From assembly GCA_000004985.1 (NCBI GenBank), contig GG738860.1: a DNA stretch of 64,000 nucleotides. One strand, written 5' to 3'. The notes below the pieces were generated by a model. It made no database searches. It saw nothing but the letters and a program-made list of their open reading frames with translations, and had not been told where the DNA came from. How positions within the stretch are numbered: the stretch's first letter is position 1; each line of letters opens with the position of its first letter. Shown one piece after another: positions 1-10,796 of this stretch. The translations under genes were made by a program, and so were the position numbers. This DNA is from Naegleria gruberi. Taxonomy: Eukaryota.

Positions 1-1143
1 ACAATAGGCAATGACACCACTTGCTGAACTTCCATGAGCTAATTTTACAAATACTCTATTCATATTGTTGCTTTTCATGACTTCTACCATTTCGTCATAA
101 TTTCTTACATTATAAAACCCTCTTGGAACAGGAATTCCATGTTTTACCAACAGAGAGTGACACATTCTCTTATCAAATGTTGATGAAATCTCATCTAGAG
201 TGCTTGAAAATTGTCTGATACCATGTCCTCGAAGGATATCAAAAAGTTGTTCCAGAGCATTAATAAAGCCAAGATACCATTGTCTCACATATCTTACTTG
301 CCCCAAATCAAAGGCCAGAATATTATTGATATCATACTCGCTCACTCTAGTTCCAAACTCTTCTTGGTTTATACCTTCACATCCCAATGATAATAAACCT
401 CTTTCCACAAAGAAATTTTCACCTGGTGAGTCAATTCTCACAACAATATCCCCAGTTTCCAATTCTTCTCCTGTTTGTTTGAAATATTTTCTCTTCATCT
501 TGTCAATGATTTGTTGCCAATCAATTGGTGCAATTTGATTATTATCAACCACATTAATTTGATGATTATGTGGGTTGACTATTCCAGTTGAGAGTAACAT
601 TTCCCAAGTAACACATTCTCCTGGTGGCAATCCAAAGGATGACAAGGCAGCTTGGAAAAATCCAACTCTTCTATTTTCTTCATTTCCTATAATTAAAAAT
701 CTTTGTTTAATACCTTTTACTGGTGCAAACTGAATCATTAAATTGTTAACAATACAAATGTTCCAAAATCGAATTAAACATACCACAAATCCATCAAATT
801 TATTTCCTATCACTGTCATTCTATGAACATCAAATCCGATCAAGAATTTATATTTAATTAAATCCTTCAATAATTGTCTCCATTCTTTGCAAACCATCGA
901 TAGGGTATGCACAAGATTTTTACGTTCATTCCTATCCTCTTCCGATTCTATAATGATAGAGAATATGAAACTCTTCACTCGTGAATGAATCAAGTCAAAT
1001 GTATCCCTCGATAATTGCACTGGTAATTGTCTAATTCTTTCAAAGCATTCCTGAGTGAAGGAAATATTTTGTCGATTTTCTATAGAAGTAGTATTGATGG
1101 TGCTGTCTTGTTGTGTGGATTCTTGTTGATGGTTTTGCAACAT
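1..1143 (-). CDS. ATP-grasp domain protein (RimK/glutathione-synthetase-like), 3' end outside window
   Basis: Minus-strand ATG at 1143-1141. The ORF stays open to the window edge, so the six-frame track did not list it. C-terminal part carries FDKRMCHSLLVKHGIPVPRGF...RVFVKLAHGSSASGV, resembling the ATP-grasp substrate/ATP-binding region. Confidence 0.4.
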   Translation of the reverse strand, partial: MLQNHQQESTQQDSTINTTSIENRQNISFTQECFERIRQLPVQLSRDTFDLIHSRVKSFIFSIIIESEEDRNERKNLVHTLSMVCKEWRQLLKDLIKYKFLIGFDVHRMTVIGNKFDGFVVCLIRFWNICIVNNLMIQFAPVKGIKQRFLIIGNEENRRVGFFQAALSSFGLPPGECVTWEMLLSTGIVNPHNHQINVVDNNQIAPIDWQQIIDKMKRKYFKQTGEELETGDIVVRIDSPGENFFVERGLLSLGCEGINQEEFGTRVSEYDINNILAFDLGQVRYVRQWYLGFINALEQLFDILRGHGIRQFSSTLDEISSTFDKRMCHSLLVKHGIPVPRGFYNVRNYDEMVEVMKSNNMNRVFVKLAHGSSASGVIAYC

Positions 1144-1506
1144 TTTTTTGTAATGTTTTAAATAGTAGAATAAATTGAAGATATATTTAATCTATAAACT
1201 AGAATAAACCATTACCACCAAAGACATTATGATTAAATACATGATTAATTTGCTTTAATAGAGATGAATTAGATTTTTGAATATTTTCTCCATTTGGAGA
1301 GACGAAACTGAGGCTTCTTGTTCTTGAACCACCGTGATGATTTTTTGATTATTTTACTCTCGGAATTTTTTCAAAGGTATGGAATATGCTTACTTGTTAT
1401 TTTCAATATTGATTGAGACTGAGCCTCCTAAGAACATTAATCACACCTCTCTCAATAGGCTGAGTTTAATGCAAAATACATCTTTGCCCTGATATGAACA
1501 AAAAAG

Positions 1507-2161
1507 GTGAATTTTAATGTGGTCAACTTTTTTACAATTCGAAAAAAGAGCCAAATTAACGATAAAAAAAATAAGATGAGCACACCTTTGTATAACATTT
1601 ACTATCGTCTCAACCCATTCTCCCACAGAGAATATAATGGAGAACTTACTCAAGAATTACCAGCTCTCCCAGTCAACAGATTGATCCAAAAGTATTCCCA
1701 ATACTCTTTCTTGGGTACTAAGAAGATGTTGCCAGATATTAGATTCCCATCAAACAACTCTGATTTCTACAAGAAGTGTTATTTGAACTTCTCAGTCTGG
1801 AGAAAGTGTTTGGGCGAACACGCTGCTGATGGTGTCGATAAGGAAGATCCAAATGCTGCTGTCTGTAAGAGATACGAACAATTGGCTAGATTCTCTTGCC
1901 CAATGAATGACGTAGGTTTAATAATTTAAATAATATTTAATAATGATGATGAAAATTTAGTACGAAAATATGCTCGCTCAAGTTGAAAAGGACTCTTTTG
2001 TTGCTACAATGGGTTTCGAAGCTAAATATGAAGGATCATCACCAACAGTTTTGAAGGTCGACCATCACAACAAGGTCGTCAAGGTTCTCCACAAATCCAA
2101 GAACAGTCAATACAATGAAGGTGATACTTACTCTAGAATCAGACAATACTACTTCTATTAA
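1507..2161 (+). CDS. COX6B/COX12-like twin Cx9C-Cx10C (CHCH) protein, 2 exons (1507 or 1576..1911, 1961..2161)
   Basis: IRFPSNNSDFYKKCYLNFSVWRKC...AAVCKRYEQLARFSCP matches the COX6B signature RFPxxN..Cx9C..CxxYx6CP. GTAGGT donor at 1912 and TTTAG acceptor at 1960 give a 49-nt intron. The same strong codon bias continues into the 1961..2161 frame. Codon bias starts at Met 1576, so that is the probable start. Confidence 0.5.
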
Positions 2162-2372
2162 ACTAATAGTCATTTCTCTCTCTACTGACTAACGACGAAT
2201 AAAACCAAGAACACTCTGGGTGTTTGAACACAGGGAATATATTTTATATTGAAAATGTATTTCGATTATTATGAAATTCATTACACGGTTACTATTTGAT
2301 GATTTAAGCCAATAATAATTTAATTAATATTAATTACATATAATTTAATAATAATATTAAAAAACAAATAAT

Positions 2373-3641
2373 TTATAAGGATGTTTCTGCAATAATTCTA
2401 TCGAGACTGTGGGCGAAAGAATTCAAGGTAAAGTTATCGATCACTCTCTGTCTTGAACGTGTTCCATAGTTGGCTCTTTCTTGAGCGCTCATGGAAAAGA
2501 ATTGAACAATGTTGAGGCCAAAGTTTTCGATAATTTCATCCTCGTTGAGATTATCCATAACGGCCAATAGACCTGTCGATTCATGAACAATACTTTCCTT
2601 TGGTCCTCCACTTCTCAATGCACAAACACATCTTCCACAATACATGGCCTCAACTGGAACAATACCAAAATGTTCTCCCTGTGGAGTGTAGGCCACTACA
2701 GTGCAATATTTCAACAAGACATATCTCTCAATTTCATTAAATGATGGAACATAAATTGCATTCTCTTGGACATTGTACTTGGCTACCAATTGTTTCAATT
2801 CATCCAAAACTTGAATATTTTCAGGAACTCTTGGATCATAACCTCCAGCAAGAATGAGTAAGGCGTCTGGGAATCTAGGCTTGACATACTTGGCAAATGA
2901 GTGAACCAGCAAGGCAATATTCTTCTTCTTTTCAAATCTATTGATGGATACAACACTGAATTCACTGTCCATTATTCTCTTATAGAATGAACACTTTTCC
3001 AATTCTTCCTCAGATGGTTGAACATCGTAGGATGAAACATTGATTGGTGGATATAAAATTTCAACTTGCTTATTAGAGAGCTTTTTAAATGATTCATAGA
3101 AAATTTGTTTGGTAAATCCAGAATTTACACTAATAGAATGAGCCATTCCAGTTGTAATTTCCTCAAAATAATCGAATGGAATTCTATATAATTTCTTCAA
3201 TAATGACAAGTTACTGTCCCATCTCACCAACAATTTATCAGGAAAATGACAGTAAAATACAATTTTAGCCTTTGGAAATAATAATTTCAAGAGTGGAATA
3301 TGATAACTAATTTGATCAACAATAATCACATCATAATTTTCATGAGAATGATTCAAATACATTCTAATAGTACAATAAAACATTCTTAAAATTGCAAAGA
3401 AAATATGAAATAAACCAAATATTGTTCTCGGAAGAAAATCTCCATATGAAATTACATCCAAAGTTCCATCATTGGTTTCTGAGAAGGAATGTTTAGGATC
3501 GTGATGAGAGGTAAATATCGTAACCTTGTGTCCAATAACCTTTTTTAATCCAACAGCAGCATCCACAATCAATCGTTCAGCTCCTCCGATACCCAAGTCC
3601 GGATGAGTAAAGGCAATATTAAGTGATTTGTTCTTCTTCAT
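2373..3641 (-). CDS. ALG2: alpha-1,3/1,6-mannosyltransferase ALG2 (GT4)
   Basis: NIAFTHPDLGIGGAERLIVDAA, ...VFYCHFPDKLL..., RFEKKKNIALL... and EHFGIVPVEAM are near-collinear with yeast Alg2p. Start assigned to MKKNK (3641) by alignment with the yeast N-terminus. The track's longer ORF to 3683 reads into the retroelement TSD. Confidence 0.85.
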   Translation of the reverse strand: MKKNKSLNIAFTHPDLGIGGAERLIVDAAVGLKKVIGHKVTIFTSHHDPKHSFSETNDGTLDVISYGDFLPRTIFGLFHIFFAILRMFYCTIRMYLNHSHENYDVIIVDQISYHIPLLKLLFPKAKIVFYCHFPDKLLVRWDSNLSLLKKLYRIPFDYFEEITTGMAHSISVNSGFTKQIFYESFKKLSNKQVEILYPPINVSSYDVQPSEEELEKCSFYKRIMDSEFSVVSINRFEKKKNIALLVHSFAKYVKPRFPDALLILAGGYDPRVPENIQVLDELKQLVAKYNVQENAIYVPSFNEIERYVLLKYCTVVAYTPQGEHFGIVPVEAMYCGRCVCALRSGGPKESIVHESTGLLAVMDNLNEDEIIENFGLNIVQFFSMSAQERANYGTRSRQRVIDNFTLNSFAHSLDRIIAETSL

Positions 3642-3655
3642 TTTTTTTAAATTTG
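3640..3655. repeat. 16-bp target-site duplication, 5' copy (ATTTTTTTTAAATTTG)
   Basis: Identical 16-mer recurs at 6442..6457, flanking the RT/RNaseH element. Confidence 0.55.
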
Positions 3656-6441
3656 AGCTCAAACGAAAAGTCAACCCAACCAATCAGACTTCCAAATTCA
3701 CAGAAGAATCAACTCACTCCCAATACATAGACTCATCAAGGAAATCAATGTACTCACATTCGAATATTCAAATAATAATAAGCAACAAACACTAGATGAA
3801 CTGAATAAGAAGAAAGATGAACTGAAATACAAACAGAAGGAATTTTTTAAGAAAGAGAGAGATAGATGGCTACATATGATTAACAATACAAGTATTGGAT
3901 TTCTATATAGATTTGATGCAGATCTGAACACCAAGAATATCAATTGGAAAAATCTACCAGACAGCGTAAACAAAGATAGCACTCTCCAATTCTTCACACA
4001 GAAATTCAAGAAAGAATATGAAGAAATCAAAATCAAACTCCCAACATCAACAGTCAAAGAAGGTCCACAAGAGATCACAATTAACAAAGATGATATTCTA
4101 AGCACACTCAAGAGACTCAAATCTAAATCTACAGGCACAGACTTTATTACAAATGACTTACTCAAGGAAATGACAGAGACACAAGCAACACAATTAGCAA
4201 TAGAATTTAATAAGATGATTAGTGAAACAAAGGATATACCAATAATAATGAAAGAAGGTTGGATCAAATTAATCCCAAAGAAAGACTCTATTGTAACACA
4301 CAAAGACATTCGTCCTATCACAATAATGAGTACACTATACAGACTACTATTTAACATCATAGCAAGGAAAATAGGTAAATGGGCAAAAGATAACATCAAT
4401 ATTAGACAACAAGCATTCACATCTAACAGAGAAGTTAACAACCATATTCTAGTAATCCAAGCATTAAGAGTCAAATACAAGAAAACAAATGCATTTGTAA
4501 TCACCAACTTGGACATAGAAAATGCATATGACGGTGTAGAACATTGTGTCCTTAGATTAGCTATGAAACATTGTAAATTCCCACTAATGTATAACACAAT
4601 CACCCAAATTATAATAGATTACCAAATCGAGAATTGGAAAATACCTGGCACACCATCATTTAAAATTGAAGAAATAGGAACTCTTAATTTTGCTGATGAC
4701 TGCTCATTAGTAACACAACCCAACAAGAAACACAATACCAAACTCAAACAACTGAACAAATGGATAGGGAATCTCAAAATGAAAATCAATGCTTCTAAAT
4801 CAATAACTTCTGTCACACCGGAAAGAATAGCCCTTAAAGACTTCACAGTTAAGCTTGACGATACGTTAATACCAAGACAAACCAATCAAAGAACATTAGG
4901 AAACTACATCACAGAAGACCATCTCTTCACAAAAGAAATTGACAAAAGAGAAGCTAGAGTAACACAAATACTAAAAATACTTCCAATCCATTTGATAGAA
5001 CCAGAAAATCTCAAAAGAATCATAATGGGCAAGACAATTAGTAGTTTTATCCATCTAGCAAGAGGAAATTCAATTTCCAATCCTCGCCTACAAACAATTG
5101 ACTCAACAATTAGGGGTAACCTAAAAAGATCACTGAAGATCGATGCAAAGGTAAAACCATCCACAATGTATGCACAATTCGAAAGAAAAGGACTAGAAAT
5201 TCCAAACCTCGAATACATAGCCAACTCAATCCTTTGCAATAACTTAATCAACAAATTCCACTCAAGTAACCCACTTGTCAGAGAAGCAGTACAGTACGGA
5301 ATTAATAACTGTAACACGAACAAAACAAAACTACACAACATATTTGAAAAATTCCACTACATCCTAAAACAACAACACAAACTTACCACAACAATATGTA
5401 ACACCAATCATCAACTTCTGGAAAAGGAAAAAGATGAACAATACTCCTACTCAGAATTCACAATATGGACTGATGGATCCAAATCAGAAAACAAAGTAGG
5501 ATTCAGTATAATCATTCAGAACAACGAATTTACAAAAGGATACAAATACAAGCTCCACTCATACCACTCAAACAACATGGCTGAATTATCAGCAATTACA
5601 ACAGCACTACACATCATACCACCAAACAGCAATGCAAAGGTACTCACTGACAGTGAAATAGCAGTCAAAATAATTAACAACACAAATTACAAAGGTCAAT
5701 TTAAGCAAATCAAAGATGAAATTACCAACCTCATCAGCACTAAAAAACTTCAAGCATCCATCGAATGGACAAAAGCTCATACAGGAATAACAGATGGAAA
5801 TAACTACGCTGATAAGAAAGCCAAACAAGCCTCAAGAATAGGACATCGAATTGCACCCCAACATCTACTAACTCAAGGGCAATTAATTATCACCAATTCG
5901 AAAAAAGTTTGGAAAAGTAGAATCAAAGGAGTACTTAGTGAAAAGCTCTACAATCAAGGAACATCCGAACTCATCAACAGAACAAATCTCAATTACCTCA
6001 AAGAACATACCACCCCAGCTCACAAATACTCAATCTGGAGGCTCATGATAAATGGACACTTAAGAAGCCTCATAGTAGACAACCCACAATGCCCAACATG
6101 TAACAAAAACCTTGACACAGAACACCTCTTCATAGCATGCCCAGAAATGAATTCAGCTAGAAACTGGATGATTGAAGAAATCAAAAAAAATACCAATCTC
6201 GAACCAGTACTAAGCACAGAGAGGACAGAAATATTAACACCAAACTCATTCCAACTAAATATCTTTGATATTCTGACGGAACCTATTCAAGGTATTATCA
6301 AAGAACAATGGCCCAAGATACAAGGAGGCCTCTCACTTTTTGGAGGAAGAGTACAAAAACAATACAACAAAATCTTAAAAATTCAATAAGACGTTCCAAA
6401 TGGACGAACCCGTCGGGTTCATTCGATTAATAAACGTTTAA
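3656..6441 (+). mobile_element. 5'-truncated non-LTR (LINE) retrotransposon with RT + RNase H + C-terminal zinc knuckle
   Basis: ORF 3876..6389 carries RT motifs (RPITIMSTLYR, LDIENAYDGV, NFADDCSLV), an RNase H domain (IWTDGSKS, AELSAITTAL, TDSEIAV, WTKAHTGITDGNNYADKKAKQA) and a CPTC...HLFIACPE zinc knuckle. No AP-endonuclease domain, so it is 5'-truncated. Bounded by the 16-bp direct repeat. 3' end is ...AATAAACGTTTAA with no poly-A. Confidence 0.8.
3876..6389 (+). CDS. retrotransposon pol-like ORF2 (reverse transcriptase / RNase H)
   Basis: 837-aa ORF with RT and RNase H motifs as listed for the element. Confidence 0.85.
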   Translation: MINNTSIGFLYRFDADLNTKNINWKNLPDSVNKDSTLQFFTQKFKKEYEEIKIKLPTSTVKEGPQEITINKDDILSTLKRLKSKSTGTDFITNDLLKEMTETQATQLAIEFNKMISETKDIPIIMKEGWIKLIPKKDSIVTHKDIRPITIMSTLYRLLFNIIARKIGKWAKDNINIRQQAFTSNREVNNHILVIQALRVKYKKTNAFVITNLDIENAYDGVEHCVLRLAMKHCKFPLMYNTITQIIIDYQIENWKIPGTPSFKIEEIGTLNFADDCSLVTQPNKKHNTKLKQLNKWIGNLKMKINASKSITSVTPERIALKDFTVKLDDTLIPRQTNQRTLGNYITEDHLFTKEIDKREARVTQILKILPIHLIEPENLKRIIMGKTISSFIHLARGNSISNPRLQTIDSTIRGNLKRSLKIDAKVKPSTMYAQFERKGLEIPNLEYIANSILCNNLINKFHSSNPLVREAVQYGINNCNTNKTKLHNIFEKFHYILKQQHKLTTTICNTNHQLLEKEKDEQYSYSEFTIWTDGSKSENKVGFSIIIQNNEFTKGYKYKLHSYHSNNMAELSAITTALHIIPPNSNAKVLTDSEIAVKIINNTNYKGQFKQIKDEITNLISTKKLQASIEWTKAHTGITDGNNYADKKAKQASRIGHRIAPQHLLTQGQLIITNSKKVWKSRIKGVLSEKLYNQGTSELINRTNLNYLKEHTTPAHKYSIWRLMINGHLRSLIVDNPQCPTCNKNLDTEHLFIACPEMNSARNWMIEEIKKNTNLEPVLSTERTEILTPNSFQLNIFDILTEPIQGIIKEQWPKIQGGLSLFGGRVQKQYNKILKIQ

Positions 6442-6457
6442 ATTTTTTTTAAATTTG
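6442..6457. repeat. 16-bp target-site duplication, 3' copy
   Basis: Exact copy of 3640..3655. Confidence 0.55.
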
Positions 6458-6728
6458 TTTTTAGAATTTAAATTGTTGATAAAATTGTGAATTGAATTGT
6501 AAAATTTGAGAGGAAGGAATTTCGTGTTTTTTAAAATACGTGTTTTCAAATGATCGTTTTGAAAATGAGTTTTAAATGATGTGAAGTGAACTTGAGATTT
6601 TTTGTAAATCTTATTAAGGTTGTTGAGAAATTGCCTTATTCGTTATTAATTTAGTTTTGTTATGTTCAATTTTAAAGATAAAAGTAAAAAGTACCAAATA
6701 TTCAAGATTTTTATTTCAAAATTAAAAT

Positions 6729-7193
6729 CTATTTAGATTCGAATTCCTCAGGATAGTTCTCTTTACAAAAACATAAATTAGATGGTTTTGGAGGATTAAT
6801 CGGCGACTTTTCTGTAAATTCATCCAACAATGATTCGATTTCAATTGCTCTAACAACCTCATCCTCCTTAACTTCATAACAATTTTCCTTATTTTGTACA
6901 TGAAGAGTGACAGTTGGCGGCTCTTTAGTTATCCACAGAAAGATTGAATCTCTATTTCTCAAATCCCTCCAAAATCCATCCTCTGTGAAATTCTTATTGT
7001 TGATAATATCTTTCCCTTCATGAACTCCCAAACTTTGCAAGAATTCACTAACTTTCTGTGTTGTTTCAAATGAAAATTTGGCTAATAAGGTATCGCCATC
7101 ATTAGCATGACCTCCGTATGCTCTAACGAATCGAAAATATCTCATTCTATTGGTCCATGATACAAGCTCTTCCTTTGAATGAAAACGATACAT
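6729..7193 (-). CDS. hypothetical protein (154 aa)
   Basis: Complete ORF with an A at -3 of the ATG and non-repetitive composition. No recognisable domain. Confidence 0.35.
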   Translation of the reverse strand: MYRFHSKEELVSWTNRMRYFRFVRAYGGHANDGDTLLAKFSFETTQKVSEFLQSLGVHEGKDIINNKNFTEDGFWRDLRNRDSIFLWITKEPPTVTLHVQNKENCYEVKEDEVVRAIEIESLLDEFTEKSPINPPKPSNLCFCKENYPEEFESK

Positions 7194-7516
7194 GTATTGT
7201 TCAAATTGATTGACTTGAGAAGATTTTTCTTGATTGGAACGACATGAAGTGGAGAAGAATCGAAGATTTTTTAAGAAGAAATGCTCTTATGAGACAATGC
7301 TCGATAGATAGCAACGTGATGATTGCTTTTTATCATTTTTTTTTGAAATTGCAACAGATTAATTGTTGATAAGGCAACTCTATGGCAACTCAGTTTGATA
7401 TTACTCAACATCATTGAATGGATCACGCAAGAGTATATTGCGTCTATTTACAAAAGCACACATATTGTTGTTTTTGTAAAAAACTGTTCCCAGTTGAATT
7501 ATGTGTAACAGTGTTA

Positions 7517-7589
7517 GGGGATGTAGCTCACATGGTAGAGCGCTTCTTTAGCATGGAAGAGGTACGGGGATCGATACCCCGCATCTCCA
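7517..7589 (+). tRNA. tRNA-Ala(AGC): tRNA-Ala (anticodon AGC)
   Basis: Cloverleaf folds by hand. Acceptor GGGGATG/CATCTCC carries the G3:U70 Ala identity pair. D arm GCTC/GAGC. Anticodon loop TTAGCAT. T stem CGGGG/CCCCG. Position 54 appears to be A rather than T, which is unusual. Confidence 0.8.
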
Positions 7590-8754
7590 CTATCTTTTTA
7601 TTTAGTAAATGAATTCATTGTGATTGCAGATAGGTGCAATAAGGCTTAAACATATGGTGCCATACTTTTTCCAAGGAGAATACATGAAATGACTTTATGT
7701 AATGGAGTAAAACAAGTTAGAAAAATTAGAATATTGAGCTAATAACTTTGGAAATTAGTTTTCACTTATTTTGAATTGTAATATTATTGTTTTTCATTTT
7801 GTAATTTTGGACGGGAAGCCTGCCAGGAATATGGCGACAATCCCGCTACAGTCTTTGACTGTATGAACAGTGAAGGCAACTAATCTATTGATTGTTGGTT
7901 CAGTAAGTTATTGTTTAGAAAAGCTTGCTACGTGACCCTCTGTTTATCATCTTTGAATTTTATCTATTTAGAAAGAGAAACTTGTGGTTGATCAATAAAC
8001 GATCAAATTTCGAATTTGAGTCTTCAAATAATACTATTATTATTCAAAAGAAGACAAACACTACACTGAAGGAACGGTTGCTTGGCTAGTCATAATCTTC
8101 ATAATGTTATGATCAATTACCACATAAGGAAGGTGTTGTGATTTTTCTATTAATTGAAAAAAGAAGGAACATTCGTTAACAATTTTCTATGGATTTCTTG
8201 ATTAATAAAAAGAAAGTGTTGATAATGTTCTATTAATTGATAAAAAGTTAAGGTACCAATCTGCATGTTCACAAATCCCCCATTCACTAACCATGGCTGG
8301 TAAGGAATGCAGCAATCATCTATGAACGAGGAAACCTACAACGAAGCATGTTTCCAGTTCGATATCATGCTCAAGATATGTGACTACAGAGTCTTCATCT
8401 TGGTTAACCTCAAAGGTCAGATTGACTCAAAAAAGTCGAGTTTATGTATTCCTACAGAAAAGATCCTGTAGAAGTACAGTCAATGGTTTTAGCAATCTTG
8501 CATCCTCAATGATATTATATCGGTTTTGAAAGTGTGGATTGTTGTCAGGAAAAGTTATGGTAAAAAAATTCAATGAGAGATTCAAGAAAATATTTGAATG
8601 GACAGTATTCCAGTGAATTAGCACCTATTATTCTGATAACAAAGGAATCTCAACTTACTTCATTAACAATTCAGACTCGTTATTTCTGAAATAATAATAT
8701 TGAAACAATATGTGTTTTCATGAACAAAAGGAGAAATTTTAATACATTAGTATA

Positions 8755-8827
8755 GCTGGCGTAGCTCAGTCGGTAGAGCGTTGGTCTAATAAGCCATTGG
8801 TCGCCGGTTCGATCCCGTCCGTCAGCA
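8755..8827 (+). tRNA. tRNA-Ile(AAU): tRNA-Ile (anticodon AAT)
   Basis: Acceptor GCTGGCG/CGTCAGC. D arm GCTC-AGTCGGTA-GAGC. Anticodon loop CTAATAA. T arm GCCGG-TTCGATC-CCGTC. Confidence 0.8.
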
Positions 8828-8887
8828 TCTCTTTTGGCTTTTAAAAAAGGGAAGACATTCCACCCCATTCGAAACCCAAGTAAGATT

Positions 8888-8906
8888 ATTTTTTTTGGAA
8901 ACATTG
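8888..8906. repeat. 19-bp target-site duplication, 5' copy (ATTTTTTTTGGAAACATTG)
   Basis: Exact 19-mer repeated at 13758..13776. A G7 run of probably untemplated Gs follows immediately, typical of LINE 5' junctions. Confidence 0.7.
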
Positions 8907-8937
8907 GGGGGGCTTCAAAAAAATATTTTAAATCAGA

Positions 8938-9032
8938 AATGAATAACAACAAGAGACGAATTAATCGTCAAAAATTCACCAACCAGAATCTAAACAACAG
9001 GAACAACACTGGTAATAACAACAACAATATTA

Positions 9033-9077
<45 letters not shown>

Positions 9078-10252
9078 TAATTGTGAATAAACAATCAAAT
9101 AATAATAATACTACTAATAATAATAATAATAATAATAGTAATAATAGTACATCTAATAATGGTCCAAAATTAAATAGATACCAAACTAAACACAGAGTCA
9201 TCATTTGTAATTACGACCAAAATGAATCAATCAACAAATTGGCAAATTATTTAAAAATAAGTCCTAATAATGTATTCGGAATGAAGGTAGATAATAATTT
9301 GAAATTAGCTATATTATACTTTAGAAACAAACAACTAGCAGAAAATTGTATTAACAAAAATTCTAATCTTGCTATATGCCATCAAACTACTGTAACTGAA
9401 TTTAAATATAATATTAAATTAGAAATTAATGAAGAAAATATTAAAAAAGTTTGGACAGAATTTAATAATTCAGAAAACCATGACAATATGGGAGATGAAG
9501 CAGATAAACCAAATACTAAAATTATATCTATGAATATGGTAACATCTACTAAATATTGGTCAATCCACACCAACACCCTTGTTAGCGAAACATTAATGAA
9601 AAAATTGGAATTAACTAGAGACCTAGATAAATCAGTGTCTTTCGTTATTAATTTAGGAGATAATATTAATATTAGACATGATGAATTGGAAAAAACTATT
9701 GAAGAACAATGGAAAGTTAAACCAAGAGTAACTTGCTCCAATGATAAAAAAATGTTCGCTGTTGTCCCAATTAATCAATTAGCTACAGCCTCAATCACTA
9801 GAGAGATTTATTTTGAAAATCATATCCTCAAAAATCTATCCTATAGCTATTACAAAAAGAAAAGTTTTAAAATTAAATTTAAAAAAATGGAAGAAGAATT
9901 AAAAAATCGTACATTGGAAAATGAAGTTCTTACTGAAAGTTTGGACTATTTGGAAGATAAATTTGAAACTCTCAAAACGAACATCAAAGAGGATTTTACA
10001 TCTAGAATTACTTACCTAGAACAAGAAACAATTACCAAATCTATGCTGAAAGAAGAATTTGAATTAAATAATTCACAAATTTCAGTTCAATTTGATAAAC
10101 ATAAAATTGAGATGAAAGAATCTGTAACTAATCAACTAAAAGAAAATCATGATTCTATCATCAATCATATGAATATAACTATGAAACAAAATTTTGCGGG
10201 TTTATTTGAAGAATTTAGAAACCTAGGGGTACTTCCAACACCCAAACAATGA
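8938..10252 (+). CDS. LINE ORF1 protein (poly-Asn tract plus coiled-coil region)
   Basis: First Met inside the element. The track ORF begins at 8834 only by read-through of flanking DNA. C-terminal half is heptad-rich (KKMEEELKNRTLENEVLTESLDYLEDKFETLK...). Confidence 0.55.
9035..9076. repeat. (AAT)14 microsatellite encoding the poly-Asn tract in ORF1
   Basis: Perfect trinucleotide run read directly from the sequence. Confidence 0.9.
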
Positions 10253-10773
10253 GTCTAAATAATCATATTCAATTAGCTACATGTAATCTATCGTGTTTTA
10301 ATCTCTCAAAACAAACATGTTTGCTTAACAATATAGATAGACACAATCTGCACGTTATTGCAGTACAAGAGACTCACTGGGACATATCAAATAACGAACA
10401 ACTCAGATTAGCAACAAATTTATTTAACAATTGTTACGTATTTAATAGTTTCAAACAACCAAGTGACCATTTTGGAGGAATATTAACTCTAATTAGAAAA
10501 GACACTCAAATTAACCTCCTTTCATATGAAGAATTAATCAAAGGCCGATTAACAAATGTTAAAGTAGAACTTAACAACAAAACTATTAATTTTGTTAATT
10601 GGTATGGAAGAATTAAAATGGACAATATATATTTTGAAATTTTTAATATACTAACAGAACTAATTCAATATTGTATGGTACACAATGAATATTTATATAT
10701 ATTAGGTGATACAAATATGACAACAATACCAAGCACCAAATTTAGCAGACTTTCTCCAAAAGATAAAAACTAA
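10249..10773 (+). pseudogene. LINE ORF2 N-terminal AP-endonuclease segment, frame-disrupted
   Basis: Contains the APE motif HVIAVQETHW. Terminates at 10773, and the remaining APE C-terminus (RPDHII) continues in the next frame. Confidence 0.6.
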
Positions 10774-10796
10774 TACAATGGATAAGCGAATATAGG

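Noticed and set aside
200-538. 112-aa plus-strand ORF
   Set aside because: Lies antisense inside the well-supported minus-strand ATP-grasp ORF (1..1143). Low-complexity and Cys-rich with no start context.
3698-6217. Several minus-strand ORFs (3698..4603, 4619..4885, 4904..5341, 5607..5828, 6020..6217)
   Set aside because: Antisense to the retrotransposon RT/RNase H ORF. Hydrophobic low-complexity translations typical of A-rich sense DNA read backwards.
7418-7612. 64-aa ORF
   Set aside because: Overlaps tRNA-Ala (7517..7589). It is a translation of tRNA sequence.
8834-8937. Track's upstream start of LINE ORF1
   Set aside because: The first 35 codons lie in flanking DNA and the TSD, outside the element boundary defined by the 19-bp repeat. 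The true ORF1 start is Met 8938.
8680-8952. 90-aa minus-strand ORF
   Set aside because: Overlaps tRNA-Ile on the opposite strand.
8968-9204. Poly-Leu 78-aa minus-strand ORF
   Set aside because: Reverse-complement reading of the (AAT)n poly-Asn microsatellite in LINE ORF1.
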